Assembly: GCA_964557535.1 (NCBI GenBank)
Contig: CAZLAD010000004.1
Span: forward strand, 19,039 to 83,038
DNA: 64,000 bases
Reading direction: 5' to 3'
From: an uncultured Candidatus Saccharibacteria bacterium
Lineage (GTDB): Bacteria; Patescibacteriota; Minisyncoccia; Phycocordibacterales; CSBR16-119
In this document: positions 59,980 through 64,000 of the stretch, piece by piece
How the letters are laid out: every line of letters starts with the position of its first letter
How positions within the stretch are numbered: the stretch's first letter is position 1
Translations under genes and position numbers: made by a program
Notes under the pieces: generated by a model
Told to the model about the DNA's origin: nothing
Databases searched by the model: none
Seen by the model: only the letters and a program-made list of their open reading frames with translations

Positions 59980-60879
59980 TTATTTATTGGTAACGTAGTC
60001 GATTGACTGCGCCAGAAGCGGCAGTATATCGTCGTAGGTGTTTATACTTTCTAATTCGGAGAGCTTGAACCACCTGGCGTCATCGAGTCCGCCGTTTGAA
60101 TGAAGGTCCATCTCCTTCCAGGGCGTCTTTACCAGATAGTAGCTAACCTGTTTTAGGATTTTACCTTTTTCCGGATGAGATGCAACATATTCATTTTCAC
60201 CCAAAAGTTTAACGATTTCGACATCCAGTCCGGTCTTTTCTTTTATCTCGCGGATTGCGCCCTCTTCGGAAGTTTCATTTCCTTCCACTCCACCCTTGGC
60301 TAGCGTCCAATAACCAAAAACATCGTGCACGAGCCCGACCAAAGTTTCTCCATCTTTCTCTGTAATGATTACTCCGCCGGCTTTCTTCTCTTTTGGAAGT
60401 TTTTCTGGATCGTCTTCGTTATTTGCGCGTTTCTTTGGAGTGATCTGATCTTTGCCTGGTTCCCCCATTTCTTTGTAAACTGCGCCCAAAACACCGTTGA
60501 CGAATTTGCCAGATTTCTCGCCACCGAAAGTTTTTCCAAGTTCGATGGCTTCGTTGATAGCAACCTTTGGCGGAACCTCATCTTTGTTTGAAAACAAAAG
60601 TTCAGCCAGACCAATGCGCAAAACATTGCGATCAACAATCGCAATTTTATCCATTGGCCAATCAGGCGCGGCTTTTTCTATGATCTCATCGATGAGAACA
60701 TATTTTTTTAAAACCTGATCAAGCAGGTGTTTGGTAAAGGAGACTTCTTTCATTCCTGGCGCAAACTCGGCAAGATTGCGTTCGAGATATTCTGGAGCAG
60801 ATTCATTTTTCTGCCCATTAAAATCCCACTCAAAAAGTGTTTGTAAAACGACTGATCGTGCAAGGTGCCTATTGGCCAT
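59980..60879 (-). CDS. nusB: NusB fused to a C-terminal NUDIX domain
   Basis: RHLARSVVLQTLF, VDRNVLR, PPKVAINEAIEL..FVNGVLG; WTLAKGGVEGNETSEEGAIREIKEKTG. Confidence 0.92.
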   Translation of the reverse strand: MANRHLARSVVLQTLFEWDFNGQKNESAPEYLERNLAEFAPGMKEVSFTKHLLDQVLKKYVLIDEIIEKAAPDWPMDKIAIVDRNVLRIGLAELLFSNKDEVPPKVAINEAIELGKTFGGEKSGKFVNGVLGAVYKEMGEPGKDQITPKKRANNEDDPEKLPKEKKAGGVIITEKDGETLVGLVHDVFGYWTLAKGGVEGNETSEEGAIREIKEKTGLDVEIVKLLGENEYVASHPEKGKILKQVSYYLVKTPWKEMDLHSNGGLDDARWFKLSELESINTYDDILPLLAQSIDYVTNK

Positions 60880-60937
60880 AATGATAAGAACAAATTCTAT
60901 TAAAAGACTCTAATATTCTAACAAAGAAATAACTTAA

Positions 60938-61017
60938 GTGCGAGGTTTGATTGTGATTTTCCGACCGTTTGGTCTGGTTAGGTTAGGAGGAAGGAAAATT
61001 ACAAGCAAACCGAGCGC
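60938..61017. repeat. 80-bp structured repeat, copy 2
   Basis: GTGC-GA-GGTTTGATTGTGATTTTCC...GGAAAATTACAAGCAAACC-GA-GCGC. Confidence 0.8.
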
Positions 61018-61024
61018 GAGCCAA

Positions 61025-61228
61025 TTACTTGGCTTTTGATTTCTTGTCGCTAGATTTAACAACTGCCAAGACTTGTTTGCCTCGGTATTTGCCAGTTTCG
61101 AGTGAGACGCGATGACGAAGATGAGGAGTATTTGTCTCCTTATCGATAACGATATTCGCCATCGGTGCTCTATGATGAGACCTACGATTTTTCGTATGGG
61201 CTCTTGTGTGTCGCATTCGGACTACCAT
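61025..61228 (-). CDS. rpmF: 50S ribosomal protein L32 (no zinc-binding Cys)
   Basis: MVVRMRHTRAHTKNRRSHH...HLRHRV..ETGKYRGKQV; upstream of nusB-rnc. Confidence 0.9.
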   Translation of the reverse strand: MVVRMRHTRAHTKNRRSHHRAPMANIVIDKETNTPHLRHRVSLETGKYRGKQVLAVVKSSDKKSKAK

Positions 61229-61318
61229 GGCAACCAGTATACGGAAAACAGGGATTTTTGCAAGTTTTTGAGCTTTTACACAATTGTCTGGATTATGGAG
61301 CCGTGGTATCCTTGGCCC

Positions 61319-61579
61319 ATGGATGGTCTTGAACAAAAAATAGACAAGCTAATAAATACTATTGAAGGAATCGACAAAAAACTCGACGGCCATATTGAAT
61401 TTGTCGCTGAACGCATGACGAAGATCGAAGACCGTCTTGATGGCATGTCGACTAAAGCTGATTTGCAAAATGCCAAACAAGAACTCTTTGATAAGATTTC
61501 CGAAAATAAATACGAGATCCAGGGCAAAGTTAATGATCACGAAGTTCGTATCCAAAAATTAGAAACTAACATCGCCTAA
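61319..61579 (+). CDS. Small coiled-coil protein
   Basis: MDGLEQKIDKL...HEVRIQKLE heptad pattern. Confidence 0.6.
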   Translation: MDGLEQKIDKLINTIEGIDKKLDGHIEFVAERMTKIEDRLDGMSTKADLQNAKQELFDKISENKYEIQGKVNDHEVRIQKLETNIA

Positions 61580-61580
61580 T

Positions 61581-61769
61581 ATGACCCCAAATAATTTACA
61601 TAATTTGATGACACAGATGACCCAAGAGCAGAAGTCTCTCTGGCGCATCGAACAAAACTATATAAAAGAAGCCGGTAGCGACGTCGAGAAAGCTTTCTGG
61701 GAAAGCCTCCACAACGAAAAGAAAATGCATATCGAGGAATTGCGGAAATTGATTAAAGAAAATATTTAG
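61581..61769 (+). CDS. Small hypothetical (ferritin-like helix pair)
   Basis: NLMTQMTQEQKSLWRI..YIKEA...FW...EKKMHIEEL. Confidence 0.65.
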   Translation: MTPNNLHNLMTQMTQEQKSLWRIEQNYIKEAGSDVEKAFWESLHNEKKMHIEELRKLIKENI

Positions 61770-61805
61770 CTAAACAAAAAACCCTATTCGGGTATTTTTT
61801 GTTTT

Positions 61806-63020
61806 CTAGATAATTTCAACTCTTTTCTTTATTTCTATATTCATAGATTTTATAAATTCGACGAAATCTTTCTTGGCTTTTTTTCTTAGCAGCCAACCAG
61901 GAAGCTTATCGCGATATTCGTCAGAAATTTTTCCATAAAAAGATGCGTACTTTTGTATTAATTCCGCTTCTTTTTTCTTTACCTCTTCTGGCATTTCAGA
62001 ACTGCTAAAACTACGCGCGTCAGAGGATGCACCCCAACTCTCTTCCACATCTTTTAATAGTCTATCGACTTCGGCAATATTTATAAGTTCCTCTTTGACC
62101 TGCTGGACAAACAAATTAATAGCAGACGTTCGTAACTCCAAGACTAAACCCCAATCTAAAGATTTATACAGAACATCGAGTTTCTGCTGCATGTCTCTTT
62201 CCACCAGATCAAATTCCCCACGATCCCATTTTAAAATTTCTTCTTTTATTTTAGATCGCAAAGAACCAATATCAACGCCTATCGAACCCATGGATTCAAT
62301 AATCAATTTTATTTCTTCCTTTTTCTTTCCTTTGAGATCAAACAAAGAATCTAGAGATTCTTCTTTGTTGGAAATCTTCTCAAAAAAATCTATTTTTTCA
62401 TCTTCAGACATTTCACGAATATCTGGAATCTCTTCGAGAATCTGATCTTTAACGACAGTTTCTCCATGCTCTTGAATCCCTTGAATAGCTTCCGACATCT
62501 TAGCGGAATAAAGTTGTGAAGATTTTAATGTATCGATTTTTTCTTTTGGGGCGTTGTAGAGACGGATTGATTGATCATATAGTTTATCCATGAGCTTCTC
62601 GGTCATCGGATTTTGGAGGAGTGAAAAAACATACCCACGCACTGTTCCCTCGAGTGGTCTATTACGTGGCGACCCTTTAAGACCAACACGATCTAGCCCT
62701 TCAAAAACACCCAAGCTTTTTAAAAGTTCATATTTAGATTTCTTATCCAAAGAATAATAGTCATCGAAACTCTGGAACCCAAAAGTTTTTAAGGCTCCAA
62801 CAAATTCTTTTGGGGTTAAAAGTGAGCCTGGCCATGCCCAATTACCTTTTTCTGCCATTTCAAGCCACTCTTCATCATCAAAAGCAGGTAGTGGTTTAAT
62901 TTCTCCAGATCTTTCCTTCTTCATCGTCTCGGTCCAATATTCGGGCATATCAACCAAAGGCTGTTCAGTATCTTTAGCTTTTTCTTTCTTTGCTCCAGGT
63001 TTTGGAATATTTCCTTCCAT
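61806..63020 (-). CDS. Hypothetical helical/charged protein
   Basis: 404-aa AT-rich ORF starting 3 nt after the gyrB stop. Confidence 0.7.
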   Translation of the reverse strand: MEGNIPKPGAKKEKAKDTEQPLVDMPEYWTETMKKERSGEIKPLPAFDDEEWLEMAEKGNWAWPGSLLTPKEFVGALKTFGFQSFDDYYSLDKKSKYELLKSLGVFEGLDRVGLKGSPRNRPLEGTVRGYVFSLLQNPMTEKLMDKLYDQSIRLYNAPKEKIDTLKSSQLYSAKMSEAIQGIQEHGETVVKDQILEEIPDIREMSEDEKIDFFEKISNKEESLDSLFDLKGKKKEEIKLIIESMGSIGVDIGSLRSKIKEEILKWDRGEFDLVERDMQQKLDVLYKSLDWGLVLELRTSAINLFVQQVKEELINIAEVDRLLKDVEESWGASSDARSFSSSEMPEEVKKKEAELIQKYASFYGKISDEYRDKLPGWLLRKKAKKDFVEFIKSMNIEIKKRVEII

Positions 63021-63023
63021 AAT

Positions 63024-64000
63024 TTAAATATCAATCTCCGCCATTTTGGCATTTGATTGGATGAAAGATTTTCGTGGCGGAACTTCGGATCCCATCAAGA
63101 TGTCGAAAGTCTTGTCCGCCTCGACGGCGTCTTCGATTTTGACTTGAAGGAGTATTCGGTTGTTCACGTCCATCGTCGTTTCTTTGAGTTCGTCTGGGTT
63201 CATTTCTCCAAGACCCTTGTAACGCTGAACAGAAAACTTCGGAACTTTCTTCTCTGTACCCTCTTCGGACGCAGATTCATTTTCTTCTTCGGCTTCTTTC
63301 ATGTCATTTTCGCCAATACCTTCGGCTTTCAAGAATTTATTTTTATCTTCATCAGAATACAAGTACGTAACGGTCTTGCCTTTTGTTATTTTGTAAAGTG
63401 GTGGTTGAGCGATGTAGATATATCCCGCTTCGATGACTGGTTTGAAATATCGGTAGAAAAGCGTGAGCAAAAGTGTTCGAATGTGCGCACCGTCAACGTC
63501 GGCATCAGTTGCGATGATGATCTTGTGATAGCGGATGTCTTCGATGTTAAACGTATCGCCGATTGAAGTTCCGAGCGCGATAACAAGAGATTTTACTTCT
63601 TTGGAATCAAGCATCTTGTCGAGGCGTGCGCGTTCAACGTTTAGGATTTTACCTTTGAGCGGAAGCACGGCCTGAGTGCGACGATCGCGTCCCATTTTCG
63701 TCGAGCCACCAGCCGAGTCTCCCTCGACGATGAACAGTTCTGATTCTGACGGGTCTTTTGATTGACAGTCGGCGAGTTTTCCTGGAAGGGTTAGGCCTTC
63801 GAGCGCACCTTTGCGTAGGACCGAGTCTTTGGCAGCTTTGGCCGCTTTGCGGGCTTTTAGAGCAAGCACGGCTTTGTTCAAGATTGAGCGAGCTTCGTCA
63901 GGATTTTCTTCGAGGAATGTCGAGAACGCGGCCGAGAACACTGTTTCAACGGCTCCACGAGCTTCGGGACTTCCGAGTTTGTCCTTGGTCTGACCCTCGA
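63024..64000 (-). CDS. gyrB: DNA gyrase subunit B (C-terminal part; 5' end outside the window)
   Basis: [50 protein letters not shown]. Confidence 0.97.
   Translation of the reverse strand, partial: EGQTKDKLGSPEARGAVETVFSAAFSTFLEENPDEARSILNKAVLALKARKAAKAAKDSVLRKGALEGLTLPGKLADCQSKDPSESELFIVEGDSAGGSTKMGRDRRTQAVLPLKGKILNVERARLDKMLDSKEVKSLVIALGTSIGDTFNIEDIRYHKIIIATDADVDGAHIRTLLLTLFYRYFKPVIEAGYIYIAQPPLYKITKGKTVTYLYSDEDKNKFLKAEGIGENDMKEAEEENESASEEGTEKKVPKFSVQRYKGLGEMNPDELKETTMDVNNRILLQVKIEDAVEADKTFDILMGSEVPPRKSFIQSNAKMAEIDI

Overview
64-kb stretch of a small-genome bacterium that looks like Patescibacteria/CPR, probably Parcubacteria. This is inferred from the compact UvrC, short SMC, NusB-NUDIX fusion, PaaX/Cas2-like orphan and lack of Shine-Dalgarno leaders; it uses the standard code 11. 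The backbone is housekeeping and mostly on the minus strand: uvrC/A/B, tgt, mreBC, proS, rpsB-tsf, rpoD-dnaG, rpoC-rpoB, trmD/khpA/rpsP, rnr, smc-rnc-nusB-rpmF, gyrB, tRNA-Ala and tRNA-Thr. There is also a type III restriction-modification island with a candidate HEPN gene inserted between mod and res. Three further layers sit on this backbone. (1) About 16 stand-alone modules (sigma70 promoter, A/C-rich leader, orphan ORF, GC hairpin) are wedged between core genes; two are bracketed by diverged duplicates of the neighbouring gene's 3' end (smc, trmD), which records how they arrived. (2) A PaaX-like wHTH/Cas2-fold gene is exactly bracketed by ~38-bp palindromes (TAAC-N8-GCTATAGC-N8-GTTA), and a gene-less tandem pair of the same site family lies 5 kb away; this is a candidate undescribed mobile unit. 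(3) Many small hairpin elements with GA/GNA internal loops occur, some inserted in-frame in tgt and uvrA. All calls are from reading the sequence by eye; no searches were run.
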